64,000 nucleotides of DNA from Candidatus Oxydemutatoraceae bacterium (GCA_965223735.1 OZ245010.1:276924-340923); one strand, 5' to 3'; positions 49,404 through 58,958 are shown, counted from the stretch's first letter. The notes: generated by a model from the sequence alone, not told the origin. Numbers and translations: made by a program.

Positions 49404-50853
49404 CGTTCTCTCAATTGCCCTGTTCACGCAACTGCTGCTTGTATTAAGCGGCCTGGCAGTGTTGCAACTTGTCAACGGTCGCGAGCGCATTCAAATCTGG
49501 TGGCTGGTTCCCTACGCCTGGGGGGTGGGTTCAGTGCTGCTGTTCATCGCCGGGTACGCGCTTGTGCCGCCGGGACATCTGGCGCATGACTGGCATCTGG
49601 TCGTTGCCGGCGGCATGGCAGTGTTGATCGTCGCCGGTGCGATCGTGTATTGCTTCGGGCGGGCCGACTGTGGACAGAATGACCGGCCTTCCGCGATTTC
49701 TGTTCGCTGGTACGACCTGCCGATCATCGCGCTGATATTGGTTCAGGTCGGTCTCGTTACTTACATCTGCATGGTCAATTCAGTCATTGATTCCGACGCC
49801 ACTTCTATGCGCGGCTATATGTCCTTGGCAAAAAAGATAGGAGAAGGAATCAGGGTGTCTGAATTTTTGGGGGATGAGGCGGTAAGGCACAGCAAATATG
49901 CCTCTTTCTCGCCGCCGCTTTTACCGGCATTTATCAGGATGTTTCTCGACAGATGGCACGACAGCGTAATCACGTTGCCCTGGTTGCTCGCCTGGCTGTT
50001 CAGCGGGGGCATTGCGTATGTCACCTGCTGCAAACTGAGCCGCCATTTTACGGCGTCTCTCGTTTGCGCCTATTTGTTCCTGTCTTTACCTCTGGCGTCG
50101 ATCCACGTGTTCAGAAGCGGGTTTTTAGACCTGCTGGTGATGTATTTCTTTTGTGCCGCTACCAGCGTGCTCAGTCTTGCTTTTTTAAGAGGAGGAAAAA
50201 TAAAGCCCGCGTGGGTGGTGGTGGCGGTCATCGCGGTGGTCGGTAGCGCACTTTGCAAATCGGAAGGCAAGTTATGGGCGGTGTTGCTGGCCGTCATCGG
50301 AGTGAATTACTGTCTGCATGTCTATGGAAATATCTCGTGGAAAAAACTGATCGGCACGCAGGTGTTATTGGCGGCCGTTTTATTTCTGGTTTACCACTTT
50401 TTCCTGGGCAAGAATTTTTTCAATAGTTTTGAGGACCAGCGGCTTCAGGCCTTGGCCCCGCATTCCTTTGACAAAAAAGCCTTCGGCGCAACGCTGAGCG
50501 CTATCTACGGTTTCAGCAACTTCGGCATCTGGTGGTGGGCTTTCAGCATGGTCGGGGTCTATCTGCTGATTGCAAGAAAAGTGCCGGAGAACGCTAAAGC
50601 GGTGATTTTTTTGTATTTTTCCATGTTTTTAGCTATTATTTACTTCGCGAACTTCACTGAAAACGTCAAATACACGTTGATCGGTACCAACGTCAGCAGG
50701 TTCTCACTGCAGATCGCCGGCGTGCTGCTCCCCGTGTATTGCGCCGCAATCCTGATCTGGCTACCCTTCTCCGGGGAAAATACTGTTTTTGCGAGGCGAC
50801 GTTCGAAAAACCACAAAATGACGAACACCCGGAAAATGTATCCATCTAAATGA
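49396..50853 (+). CDS. Polytopic (>=10 TM) membrane protein, candidate GT-C-fold glycosyltransferase (ArnT/PMT-like) assigned mainly by context
   Basis: 485 aa. The hydrophobic helices are separated by short loops, and one larger loop carries DSD...RGY. The ORF overlaps the upstream and downstream ORFs by 8 and 4 nt, so it is operonic. Confidence 0.4.
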   Translation: MTSVLSIALFTQLLLVLSGLAVLQLVNGRERIQIWWLVPYAWGVGSVLLFIAGYALVPPGHLAHDWHLVVAGGMAVLIVAGAIVYCFGRADCGQNDRPSAISVRWYDLPIIALILVQVGLVTYICMVNSVIDSDATSMRGYMSLAKKIGEGIRVSEFLGDEAVRHSKYASFSPPLLPAFIRMFLDRWHDSVITLPWLLAWLFSGGIAYVTCCKLSRHFTASLVCAYLFLSLPLASIHVFRSGFLDLLVMYFFCAATSVLSLAFLRGGKIKPAWVVVAVIAVVGSALCKSEGKLWAVLLAVIGVNYCLHVYGNISWKKLIGTQVLLAAVLFLVYHFFLGKNFFNSFEDQRLQALAPHSFDKKAFGATLSAIYGFSNFGIWWWAFSMVGVYLLIARKVPENAKAVIFLYFSMFLAIIYFANFTENVKYTLIGTNVSRFSLQIAGVLLPVYCAAILIWLPFSGENTVFARRRSKNHKMTNTRKMYPSK

Positions 50854-51815
50854 ACGACCGTATCGCCATTTTACTGCCGTGTTTTAACGAAGAGGCCGCT
50901 ATCGGACAGACGATCGGCGAATTCCACGCGGCGTTGCCGAACGCCGTCATTTATGTGTTCGATAATCATTCGACCGACAGAACCCGGGAAGTCGCCGAAG
51001 CGCAAGGCGCCACTGTCTTTCAGGAGATGCATTTGGGTAAAGGGCACGTCATCCGCCGGATGTTTGCCGACGTGGAAGCGGACATTTATGTGCTGGCCGA
51101 CGGGGACGCCGCCCACGACGCTTCCGCCGCGCCCGAAATGATAGAGCGCCTGCGCGAGGAAAACCTCGACATGGTCGTCGGCGCCCGCGACTTTACGAAA
51201 ACAGGCCATCGTTTCGGGCACTTATGGGGAAATCAGATTTTCAACAAAATCGTGGGAATGCTGTTCGGCAAAAAGTTTACCGATATATTCTCCGGTTACC
51301 GTGTATTGTCGAGGAGATTGGTCAAGTCGTTTCCGGCGCTTGCCACCGGGTTTGAGATAGAAGCCGAGTTATCGATACACGTGCTTGAATTGCGATTGCC
51401 CGCGACGGAAATAAGTACCTGTGCAAGACCACGTCTTGAAGGGTCTTACAGCAAATTGAAAACCGTACGGCACGGCCTGATCATCTTGACAAGAATTGTG
51501 GGCCTGTTCATGCAGATAAAACCGTTTGTTTTTTTCGGTGTTATCACTGCGGCATTATTCATTTTGGGGTTGATCTCGGGTTATCCGGCGATTGCTGTTT
51601 TCCTGGAAACTGGATTGGTCCCTTATTTGCCCCGGGCAGTACTCGCCGCCTCTTTGATGATACTCGCCTCGTTAAGTCTGGCGTGTGGCCTGATCCTTTA
51701 TCATGTAAGTCAAGCCAGACTTGAATCCAGGCATCTGCATTACCTGAAGATGAAGAATAAGATCTTGGCCCGACAGGATCCCGGGGCAGTTTCAAGTTGG
51801 GAAATGAAAAAATGA
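50850..51815 (+). CDS. Family-2 glycosyltransferase of the polyprenyl-phosphate sugar synthase type (ArnC/GtrB/DPM1-like) with two C-terminal TM helices
   Basis: ILLPCFNEEAAIGQTI...VFDNHSTDRT...LADGDAAHD (DxD)...VVGAR. The C-terminal hydrophobic hairpin is FVFFGVITAALFILGLI / AVLAASLMILASLSLACGLILY. Confidence 0.75.
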   Translation: MNDRIAILLPCFNEEAAIGQTIGEFHAALPNAVIYVFDNHSTDRTREVAEAQGATVFQEMHLGKGHVIRRMFADVEADIYVLADGDAAHDASAAPEMIERLREENLDMVVGARDFTKTGHRFGHLWGNQIFNKIVGMLFGKKFTDIFSGYRVLSRRLVKSFPALATGFEIEAELSIHVLELRLPATEISTCARPRLEGSYSKLKTVRHGLIILTRIVGLFMQIKPFVFFGVITAALFILGLISGYPAIAVFLETGLVPYLPRAVLAASLMILASLSLACGLILYHVSQARLESRHLHYLKMKNKILARQDPGAVSSWEMKK

Positions 51816-52540
51816 ACAATTTTCAGGGAGGTGACGGTACCCGTTATTCCGGCAGAGATGAGTTGGAACACATGGAAAAGTTCATGCCGAATTACAATCG
51901 GTCGATTGTCAAAAAAATTCTCAAGAATATGAATGCCGGTTCCGCCATTCTGGAATTCGGCGCGGGGATCGGCACGCTCGCGACGATCTACAAAGATCAT
52001 ACCGGGGTCAGCCCCGTCTGCCTGGAAATTGACAATGACTTGAAAAGCGTTCTAACCGAAAGGGGGTTCAGGGTGTTTGGCGGAACAGACGAGGTCGATG
52101 AAGTGTTTGACGGGGTTTACTCGTCCAACGTGCTCGAGCATATTGAAGACGACGTCGCCGCCCTGAAGAAGATCAGGGGTCTACTGAAGCTGGGGGGGCA
52201 TCCTCTGGTTCTTTATGTTCCCGCCTTTCAATGCCTGTTTTCAGGTATGGACGAAGCGGTGGGGCATTATCGGAGATACGGAAAAAATGAACTGATTTCT
52301 AAATTAAATAACGCCAGCTATACGGTCACTAACGTACATTTTTCAGACTGCATTGGTTTCTTCACGCTGCTTTTTGTGCGTTTGTCCGGGTACAATAAGT
52401 TGTCGGGCTTGGGCAGTCCAGGAAGTTTAATCTTCTACGACAAGTTCATTTACCCGATAAGTTGCCTTTTTGATCTGCTGGGCTTTCGCTTTCTATTCGG
52501 GAAGAATCTTCTCGTCAGGGCGGTTGCAAGGAATTCATGA
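51797..52540 (+). CDS. Class I SAM-dependent methyltransferase
   Basis: ILEFGAGIGTL is the motif I glycine loop, and the acidic residue lies in VCLEIDNDL. About 245 aa, with the probable start at ATG 51812. Confidence 0.7.
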   Translation: MGNEKMNNFQGGDGTRYSGRDELEHMEKFMPNYNRSIVKKILKNMNAGSAILEFGAGIGTLATIYKDHTGVSPVCLEIDNDLKSVLTERGFRVFGGTDEVDEVFDGVYSSNVLEHIEDDVAALKKIRGLLKLGGHPLVLYVPAFQCLFSGMDEAVGHYRRYGKNELISKLNNASYTVTNVHFSDCIGFFTLLFVRLSGYNKLSGLGSPGSLIFYDKFIYPISCLFDLLGFRFLFGKNLLVRAVARNS

Positions 52541-52758
52541 CCCGCATGGAGCTTTTCGCAAGCGGGTGGTCGCCGTGCCGTGCGGTTGATCCAGCGGAAA
52601 TGAATGTTCAGGCCGAAGAAAGCGGCGGCGTGCCACTGTCCCGATTGTTGTCCGGGCAATTGCAATAGCCGGCAATGGCGCGGCGGGTTTGATGAATTGA
52701 CATCCCGCCGGCCCGTGCAATACCCGCCCGCCCGATATGCGGCGGTCGAAGCAGGCTC

Positions 52759-52787
52759 TTGAAAAACGCGCTGTTTTTGGTTAAATA
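52759..52787 (+). promoter_or_regulatory. Candidate sigma70 promoter for the ABC-2/GldG-like operon (TTGAAA - 17 bp - TAAATA)
   Basis: cTTGAAAaacgcgctgtttttggtTAAATAtgcc lies about 45 nt upstream of the ATG at 52833. Confidence 0.35.
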
Positions 52788-52832
52788 TGCCGCCGTGCCT
52801 CTTCCAGACCGGAAACTCCGACGCGCCAAACG

Positions 52833-53747
52833 ATGATTAAAGTCAGCGATCTTAGCAAACGCTTCGGTGCCTTTGTCGCCGTCGATCACCTTGATTTTGA
52901 GGTGGGGACCGGTGAGGTGCTTGGTTTTCTCGGCCCCAACGGCGCGGGCAAGTCAACAACAATGAAAATGGTTACCGGCTTTATGAAACCGTCGTCCGGA
53001 CGCATTGAAATCTGCGGCCACGACATTGCAAGCCATGCGACTGACGCCAAACGGATCATCGGCTATACACCTGAAGGCGCCCCAGCGTACGGGGAAATGA
53101 CGGTACAGGAATTTTTAAGGTTCATTCTCGCGGTCAGGCAAGTGGACACGAAGAAAGGCAGGCAGGGGTTTGCCGACGTGGCCGAGAAACTCGAACTCGA
53201 ACCAGTGCTGCACCAGCCGATAGAAACATTGTCAAAAGGATTCAAGCGCCGGGTGGGATTGGCGCAGGCGCTGATACACGACCCGAAAGTGCTGATCATG
53301 GACGAACCGACCGACGGCCTCGATCCCAACCAGAAGCATCAGGTCCGGCAACTGATCAATTCGCTGACGGCCGACAAGATCGTGGTGATCTCAACTCACA
53401 TTCTGGAGGAAGTCACCGCCGTCTGTACCCGTACGCTGATCATCTCAGCCGGCAAGTTACTGGTGGATGCGACTCCCGACGAGTTGCTCGCGCGTTCGCG
53501 CTTTCACAACGCGGTAAGCATGGTCACGCAGGATCCGCAGGTCGCGGTTCAGTTGCAGACGCTTGCCCAGGTTAAATCAGTTGAAGACAATGGCCGTTTA
53601 TTTGCATTCCCGGCCGGCGCTGAACCTCTGTATCCCGCGGTCGATCGCCTGATCAAGGAGAAGAACCTGCCGGTCAGTGATCTGCGCATGGAAACCGGAC
53701 ATCTCGACGAGGTTTTCAGGGAAGTGACCCGGGGAGAGATGTCGTGA
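52833..53747 (+). CDS. ABC transporter ATP-binding protein (ABC-2/GldA-like subfamily)
   Basis: Walker A GPNGAGKST, the signature LSKGFKRRVGLAQAL and Walker B LIMDEPTDGLD. Confidence 0.88.
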   Translation: MIKVSDLSKRFGAFVAVDHLDFEVGTGEVLGFLGPNGAGKSTTMKMVTGFMKPSSGRIEICGHDIASHATDAKRIIGYTPEGAPAYGEMTVQEFLRFILAVRQVDTKKGRQGFADVAEKLELEPVLHQPIETLSKGFKRRVGLAQALIHDPKVLIMDEPTDGLDPNQKHQVRQLINSLTADKIVVISTHILEEVTAVCTRTLIISAGKLLVDATPDELLARSRFHNAVSMVTQDPQVAVQLQTLAQVKSVEDNGRLFAFPAGAEPLYPAVDRLIKEKNLPVSDLRMETGHLDEVFREVTRGEMS

Positions 53748-54478
53748 AAGCGATGCTGGCAATTTTCAGAAGGGAGCTCGGCAGCTATTTTGCAACGCCG
53801 ATCGCTTATGTGTTCATCGTGATCTTTCTCGCGCTGAGCGCGGCGATGGCTTTTTACCTCGGCGGCCTTTACGAAAACAGGCAGGCGAGCCTGACTGCGT
53901 TTTTCATCTATCACCCATGGCTGTACCTGTTCCTGGTGCCCGCCATTTCAATGCGCCTGTGGGCCGAGGAGCGAAAGAGCGGCAGCCTCGAATTGCTGAT
54001 GACGCTGCCGGTCACAACGCCGCAGGCGGTAATCGGGAAATTTCTTGCGGCGTGGAGCTTCACCACGATCGCCCTGCTTTTGACTTTCCCGATCTGGATC
54101 ACGGTGAATTACCTGGGCAACCCCGACAACGGCGTGATCGTCTCCGCTTATATCGGGAGCCTGTTGATGGCCGGGGGATTCCTCGCGATCGGCTCGAGCA
54201 TATCGGCGATGACAAAAAACCAGGTGATCGCGTTCATCATCAGCGTTGTTGTGTGCTTCTTGTTCCTGCTCAGCGACTTTCCACTGGTGCTGAACCCGCT
54301 GCGCGCGTGGATGCCGCAGTTGTTGATTGACACCATCGCCTCCCTGAGCTTCATCAACCACTTCGGCTCGATCAGCAAGGGGGTTATCAACCTGCGCGAC
54401 CTCGTCTATTTCGGCCTGATGATCGGGTTCTGGCTCAGCGTGAACTCGGTCGTGATCGAGATGAAGAAGAGTAGCTGA
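53744..54478 (+). CDS. ABC-2 family transporter permease (GldF-like)
   Basis: 244 aa with six TM helices, translationally coupled to the ATPase. Confidence 0.8.
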   Translation: MKAMLAIFRRELGSYFATPIAYVFIVIFLALSAAMAFYLGGLYENRQASLTAFFIYHPWLYLFLVPAISMRLWAEERKSGSLELLMTLPVTTPQAVIGKFLAAWSFTTIALLLTFPIWITVNYLGNPDNGVIVSAYIGSLLMAGGFLAIGSSISAMTKNQVIAFIISVVVCFLFLLSDFPLVLNPLRAWMPQLLIDTIASLSFINHFGSISKGVINLRDLVYFGLMIGFWLSVNSVVIEMKKSS

Positions 54479-54495
54479 AGCGGGCAGGGGAAGAC

Positions 54496-56412
54496 ATGAA
54501 AACAGGCACCGATCTTTCCAGGGGGACGCTGCTCGCGACGCTGACCGTCCTGTTTCTCGCGCTGACGATACTGAACAACGCGTTACTGCGCGGGGTGCGC
54601 CTGGACCTGACGGCGAACAACCTCTATACCTTGTCCGAAGGCACCCGCAACATCCTGGAACAGATACAAGAACCGATCAACTTATACCTGTTCTTCTCGG
54701 AGAAGGAGACGAAGAACCTGCCGCTTCTCAGGAATTATCACAACCGCGTGAAAGAGATGCTCGAGGAATATCGTCTGCTCTCGGGCGGCAAGTTGAACGT
54801 GCGCTACGTCAACCCTGAAGCGTTTTCGGAAGAGGAGGACAGGGCGACGCAGTTAGGCTTGCAGGCGGCAACCGTCAAAGGCAGGGACAAGATCTATTTC
54901 GGCCTCGCCGGCACCAACGCGCTCGACACTACCGAAGTGATCCCATTCCTGCAATCCAACCGCGAGGCGTTTCTCGAATACGATCTCGGCAAACTTATCT
55001 ACAGTCTAGTGCACGTGAAGAAACCGGTGCTCGGTCTGATGACCGACCTGCCGATGTACCCGACGCAACTCGATCCCGCAACCGGACGCATGAACCGGTC
55101 GTGGATCATCACCGAGCAACTCGAACAGCTGTTTGACGTTCAACTCACCTTTACCGATACCGACGAGATCGCCGAAGAGGTGGATGTGCTGATGGTCGTG
55201 CACCCGAAGGGACTGCCGGAGAAGACGATGTATGCGATCGATCAGTTCATCATGCGCGGTGGCAGGGGCTTGTTTTTTATCGATCCCCACGCGGACGCCG
55301 ACCAGGTGCCTCAGCCTGCCGACACGCCGTTGCAGGACCCCAAAGCCAGGGGTTCGAGCCTGAACCGCCTGTTCCGCGCCTGGGGGTTCAGCGTGGATGA
55401 CGATACGATCCTCGTTGACAACGCGAGGGCGCTGCCGGTGACGATTCAGGCAGGGCAGCCGCCGGTTCCTCACCCCGCGGTACTCAGCATGCGGTCGCGG
55501 GACTTCAACAACGACGACGTCGTGATGGATACGCTTGAGTCCGTTAACTTTTACCTCGTGTCGCACGTGCGCACCGAGGTGGACGCGGAAATCGAGATGA
55601 CGCCGCTGGTGCGGACGAGCGCACAGACGATGCCGGTTTCTATACAGCGCTTCCGCTTCATTCCGCACCCACGCAGTTTGCTTCAGGGTTTCACTCCGAC
55701 GGGTGAACGCTATCCGATAGCGGCGCGCATCCAGGGGGCGTTCAAGAGCGCATTTGACGGGCGGCCCGAGGTCGAGGCGGAGAAAGAAGCCAGCGACGAC
55801 GAAAAGACCTCGAGCCGGCCCGACAAACAGCATATCGCCGCGACTGAGGAACCCGGGATCATTGCGGTCGTCGCCGACACCGACGTGCTGACCGACCGGA
55901 TGTGGGCGCAGACGCAGATGTTTTTCGGCCAGCGCATCGTGCAGCCTTACGCAAACAACCGCGATTTTATTATCAACTTGGTCGATAACCTGTTCGGCAG
56001 CAGCGACTTGATCAGTATCCGCAGCCGCGCCAGCTATTCCTACCCGTTTACCCGGGTACAGAAGATCGAGGAGCAGGCCACCCGAAAGTATCAGGCGACC
56101 GAACAAAGCCTGCAAAATAAATTGAGGGAAACCGAGGCTAAATTACAGGAACTCCAACAGCAGCGTTCCGACAAAAAATCGGCATTGCTGACGGCCTCGC
56201 AGCGCGCGGAGGTTCGTAAATTCCGTGAGAAAAAGGTCGAGATCCGCAAGAAACTGCGTAACGTACGTCACCAACTGGTCAAGGACATTGAAAATCTGGG
56301 AACCCGGCTCAAGATGATCAACATCATTACAATGCCGGTGGTCATCACCGGGATCGCACTGCTGGCCGGCTTTCTCAGGGTGCGGCGGCGCAAGCGGGGA
56401 GAAGCGGTATGA
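54496..56412 (+). CDS. GldG-like ABC-transporter auxiliary protein (N- and C-terminal TM anchors, large periplasmic domain, coiled coil before the last TM)
   Basis: 638 aa with the overall GldG/DUF4350-type architecture. The C-terminal Lys/Glu-rich coiled coil (EQSLQNKLRETEAKLQELQQQ) is followed by a TM helix. Confidence 0.7.
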   Translation: MKTGTDLSRGTLLATLTVLFLALTILNNALLRGVRLDLTANNLYTLSEGTRNILEQIQEPINLYLFFSEKETKNLPLLRNYHNRVKEMLEEYRLLSGGKLNVRYVNPEAFSEEEDRATQLGLQAATVKGRDKIYFGLAGTNALDTTEVIPFLQSNREAFLEYDLGKLIYSLVHVKKPVLGLMTDLPMYPTQLDPATGRMNRSWIITEQLEQLFDVQLTFTDTDEIAEEVDVLMVVHPKGLPEKTMYAIDQFIMRGGRGLFFIDPHADADQVPQPADTPLQDPKARGSSLNRLFRAWGFSVDDDTILVDNARALPVTIQAGQPPVPHPAVLSMRSRDFNNDDVVMDTLESVNFYLVSHVRTEVDAEIEMTPLVRTSAQTMPVSIQRFRFIPHPRSLLQGFTPTGERYPIAARIQGAFKSAFDGRPEVEAEKEASDDEKTSSRPDKQHIAATEEPGIIAVVADTDVLTDRMWAQTQMFFGQRIVQPYANNRDFIINLVDNLFGSSDLISIRSRASYSYPFTRVQKIEEQATRKYQATEQSLQNKLRETEAKLQELQQQRSDKKSALLTASQRAEVRKFREKKVEIRKKLRNVRHQLVKDIENLGTRLKMINIITMPVVITGIALLAGFLRVRRRKRGEAV

Positions 56413-57410
56413 AACCCGCACATTTGACCTTGGCGGCGGCCGCGCTTGCAGTCATCGGCGTGGCGGTCTGGCTGCTCAGCCCAGAGCAGGAGGAGACAGA
56501 CGCCGCGTTGTTCCCTGAATTGACGCTCGAAGTGCTGAACAAGGTCAACCACATTGAAGTCACCGAACGCAGCACGTCCGTGATCAGCGTCTATCTGGCC
56601 GACGACGGCCTGTGGCGCGTGCCTGAGCACCACGACTACCCAGCGGACACCGTCAAAGTCCGCCAACTGCTGTCCGATATTAAAGACGCGGAAAAGGTCG
56701 AGCGGAAAACGGCGTCTCCGGAACATTACGCGATACTCGGCGTGGCCGACCCCGTAGCGGAGGAAGGCGGTAAATTGCTCAGGTTCAGGGATGCGGATCA
56801 AACTTGGGGATTGATTGTCGGCAACCCGAGCCGGCAGGTGAGCCGCGGACAGTACGTCAGGAAGCCGGATGAAGCTGAAAGCTGGCTGGTCAACGTCAAC
56901 CTGCACCTGCCGGACACACCTTCAGAATGGCTCGACACCGAGGTTGTGCACGTTGAACCCAACGACGTTTCGACGGTGACGCTCAGCCACTCCGACGGTG
57001 AACCTTTTACCGTCGCACGTGGCACTGACGGACAGCTTGCGATCAGGGATCTGCCGCAGGGGCGTGTGCTGAAAGACGCATTTCGACTGAACCGTATCCT
57101 CTCGGCGACAGATTATCTGAAGTTCAAGCAGGTCTTTCCCCGCGGGAACAACGAGGTTCAACTGCCGAACCGGCACATCACGGCGCAACTGGCGACGCTC
57201 GACGGACTGACGCTGACGGTCAGAGCCTACAAGACCGAGGAGAACGACGCCTATTTCACGCTCGACGCCGACGGCACAAGCACGCAGGCGCAGACGCTCA
57301 AGCTGCGTCTTTCAAAGTGGCTCTACCAGGTCTCTGGTTCGGTTTATGAGAACCTCGACAAACGCCTCGACAATCTCCTGGAAGACGCTGCTGAAAACAA
57401 GGCGCCGTAG
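56409..57410 (+). CDS. DUF4340-like periplasmic protein (N-terminal TM anchor), the usual partner of GldG-like proteins
   Basis: 333 aa, overlapping the stop of the upstream gene. It is beta-rich with no recognisable catalytic motif. Confidence 0.6.
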   Translation: MKPAHLTLAAAALAVIGVAVWLLSPEQEETDAALFPELTLEVLNKVNHIEVTERSTSVISVYLADDGLWRVPEHHDYPADTVKVRQLLSDIKDAEKVERKTASPEHYAILGVADPVAEEGGKLLRFRDADQTWGLIVGNPSRQVSRGQYVRKPDEAESWLVNVNLHLPDTPSEWLDTEVVHVEPNDVSTVTLSHSDGEPFTVARGTDGQLAIRDLPQGRVLKDAFRLNRILSATDYLKFKQVFPRGNNEVQLPNRHITAQLATLDGLTLTVRAYKTEENDAYFTLDADGTSTQAQTLKLRLSKWLYQVSGSVYENLDKRLDNLLEDAAENKAP

Positions 57411-57488
57411 GTATTGCGTTTATCCGGCAGCGTTCCGGGCACCGCGTCGCCGGCAACCGTGTTGTCCCGCACGGCCGCAGCAGAGTTG

Positions 57489-58916
57489 TCAATCCATGCG
57501 TGCCAGAGCTGAAGCGAGACCGATGCAGGTTGCGGGTGTGAGTTTCAGCAGCCGCTGCTTCTCGTCGTCGGGCAAGGGCATCGCCTCGACCAGCTCGCGC
57601 CAGTCCTCGGCGCCCATGCGCCTGCCGCGGGTGCTTTTTTTGACCTGTTCATACGCGTCGGTGACGCCGTACTTGCGCAGGACGGTTTGCAGCGCTTCAC
57701 CCAGGACCTCCCAGTGGGAGTCGAGTTCATCGTCCATCGCTTCCCGGTCAACTTCAATTCGACCGAGGCCGCGCTCGATCGCGTCCAGCGCGATCAGGAA
57801 ATAGGCAAACACCGAGCCGAGCGAGCGCAACGCGGTCGAGTCGGACAGATCGCGCTGCCACCGCGACACCGGTAGTTTTGCAGACAGGTGTTTTACCAGC
57901 GCGCCTGCAAGGCCGAGGTTGCCTTCGGCATTTTCAAAGTCGATCGGGTTCACCTTATGCGGCATTGTTGAGGAACCGACCTCGGCTTCGTCGATTTTCT
58001 GTACAAAATGGCCGAGCGCGATATATCCCCAGATGTCGCGGCAGAGATCGAGCAGGATATGGCTCACGCGCCCCAGTGCATCGAGCAATTCGGCCAGACG
58101 GTCGTGGGGTTCGATCTGCGTGGTGCAGGGGGCATATTGCAACCCCAGCGACGTTACAAAATCTTCGGCCAAACGGCGCCAGTCGAGGTCGGGGTAGGCA
58201 ACTTGGTGCGCGTTGAAATTGCCGACAGCGCCGCCGAATTTACCGGAGATCGGAACGTCGGCAAAAGTGCGTGCCTGTTCGCGCAGCCGGTGCACGAAGT
58301 TGGCCAACTCCTTGCCGACTGTCGTCGGGGAAGCCGGCTGGCCGTGGGTGCGGGCGAGCAGCGGTGTATCGGCGCAGGCTTTTGCCATGTCTGCGAGATG
58401 GTCGGTCAGGGTGTGCAGCCGAGGCAAGATTACCGAGTCGCGTGCGTCCTTGAGGATCAGTCCCCAAGCGAGGTTCGTGATGTCTTCAGAGGTGGATGAA
58501 AAATGTAAAAAACATGATATTTCAATAAGTTCTTTATTTTTTTTAAAGTAATTTCTTAAATAATACTCGACCGCCTTGACGTCATGGTTTGTCGTCGCTT
58601 CAAGCGTTTTCACCGCCTGCGCTTCGGACGGGCCGAATTCGTCTGCCGCACGCTCGGCGACGGCAAGCGCTTCGGGCGACAGCGCCGCCGCCTCAGGCAC
58701 CCTATCGCAGGCTGCGAGGCACTTGAGCCATTCGATTTCAACCTGCACACGGCGGCGGATCAGGCCATATTCGCTGAATAATGCGCGCAGGGGGGCGGTT
58801 TTTGCCGCATAACGCCCGTCGATCGGAGCGACGGCGGTCAGCGGCGACAGTTTGGGGATATTTTCAGGCGGCATGGAAGTCGGTCGCGGCGCTGACAGAT
58901 CGGTAGTTTCACGCAT
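57489..58916 (-). CDS. purB: Adenylosuccinate lyase (PurB)
   Basis: 475 aa, colinear with E. coli PurB (SSTSEDITNLA...HGQPASPTT...GSSTMPHKVNPIDFEN...RWQRDLSDST). Confidence 0.92.
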   Translation of the reverse strand: MRETTDLSAPRPTSMPPENIPKLSPLTAVAPIDGRYAAKTAPLRALFSEYGLIRRRVQVEIEWLKCLAACDRVPEAAALSPEALAVAERAADEFGPSEAQAVKTLEATTNHDVKAVEYYLRNYFKKNKELIEISCFLHFSSTSEDITNLAWGLILKDARDSVILPRLHTLTDHLADMAKACADTPLLARTHGQPASPTTVGKELANFVHRLREQARTFADVPISGKFGGAVGNFNAHQVAYPDLDWRRLAEDFVTSLGLQYAPCTTQIEPHDRLAELLDALGRVSHILLDLCRDIWGYIALGHFVQKIDEAEVGSSTMPHKVNPIDFENAEGNLGLAGALVKHLSAKLPVSRWQRDLSDSTALRSLGSVFAYFLIALDAIERGLGRIEVDREAMDDELDSHWEVLGEALQTVLRKYGVTDAYEQVKKSTRGRRMGAEDWRELVEAMPLPDDEKQRLLKLTPATCIGLASALARMD

Positions 58917-58958
58917 TGATTATACTATGTTCGCTCATTGTTACTCGCCAGAGACCCG

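Noticed and set aside
58576-58812. Possible small genes in the purB/fumC divergent region and inside purB (ORFs 58576-58812+ and 58584-58781+)
   Set aside because: They lie entirely within the purB coding region on the opposite strand, and their products are low-complexity Ala/Ser/Arg sequence.
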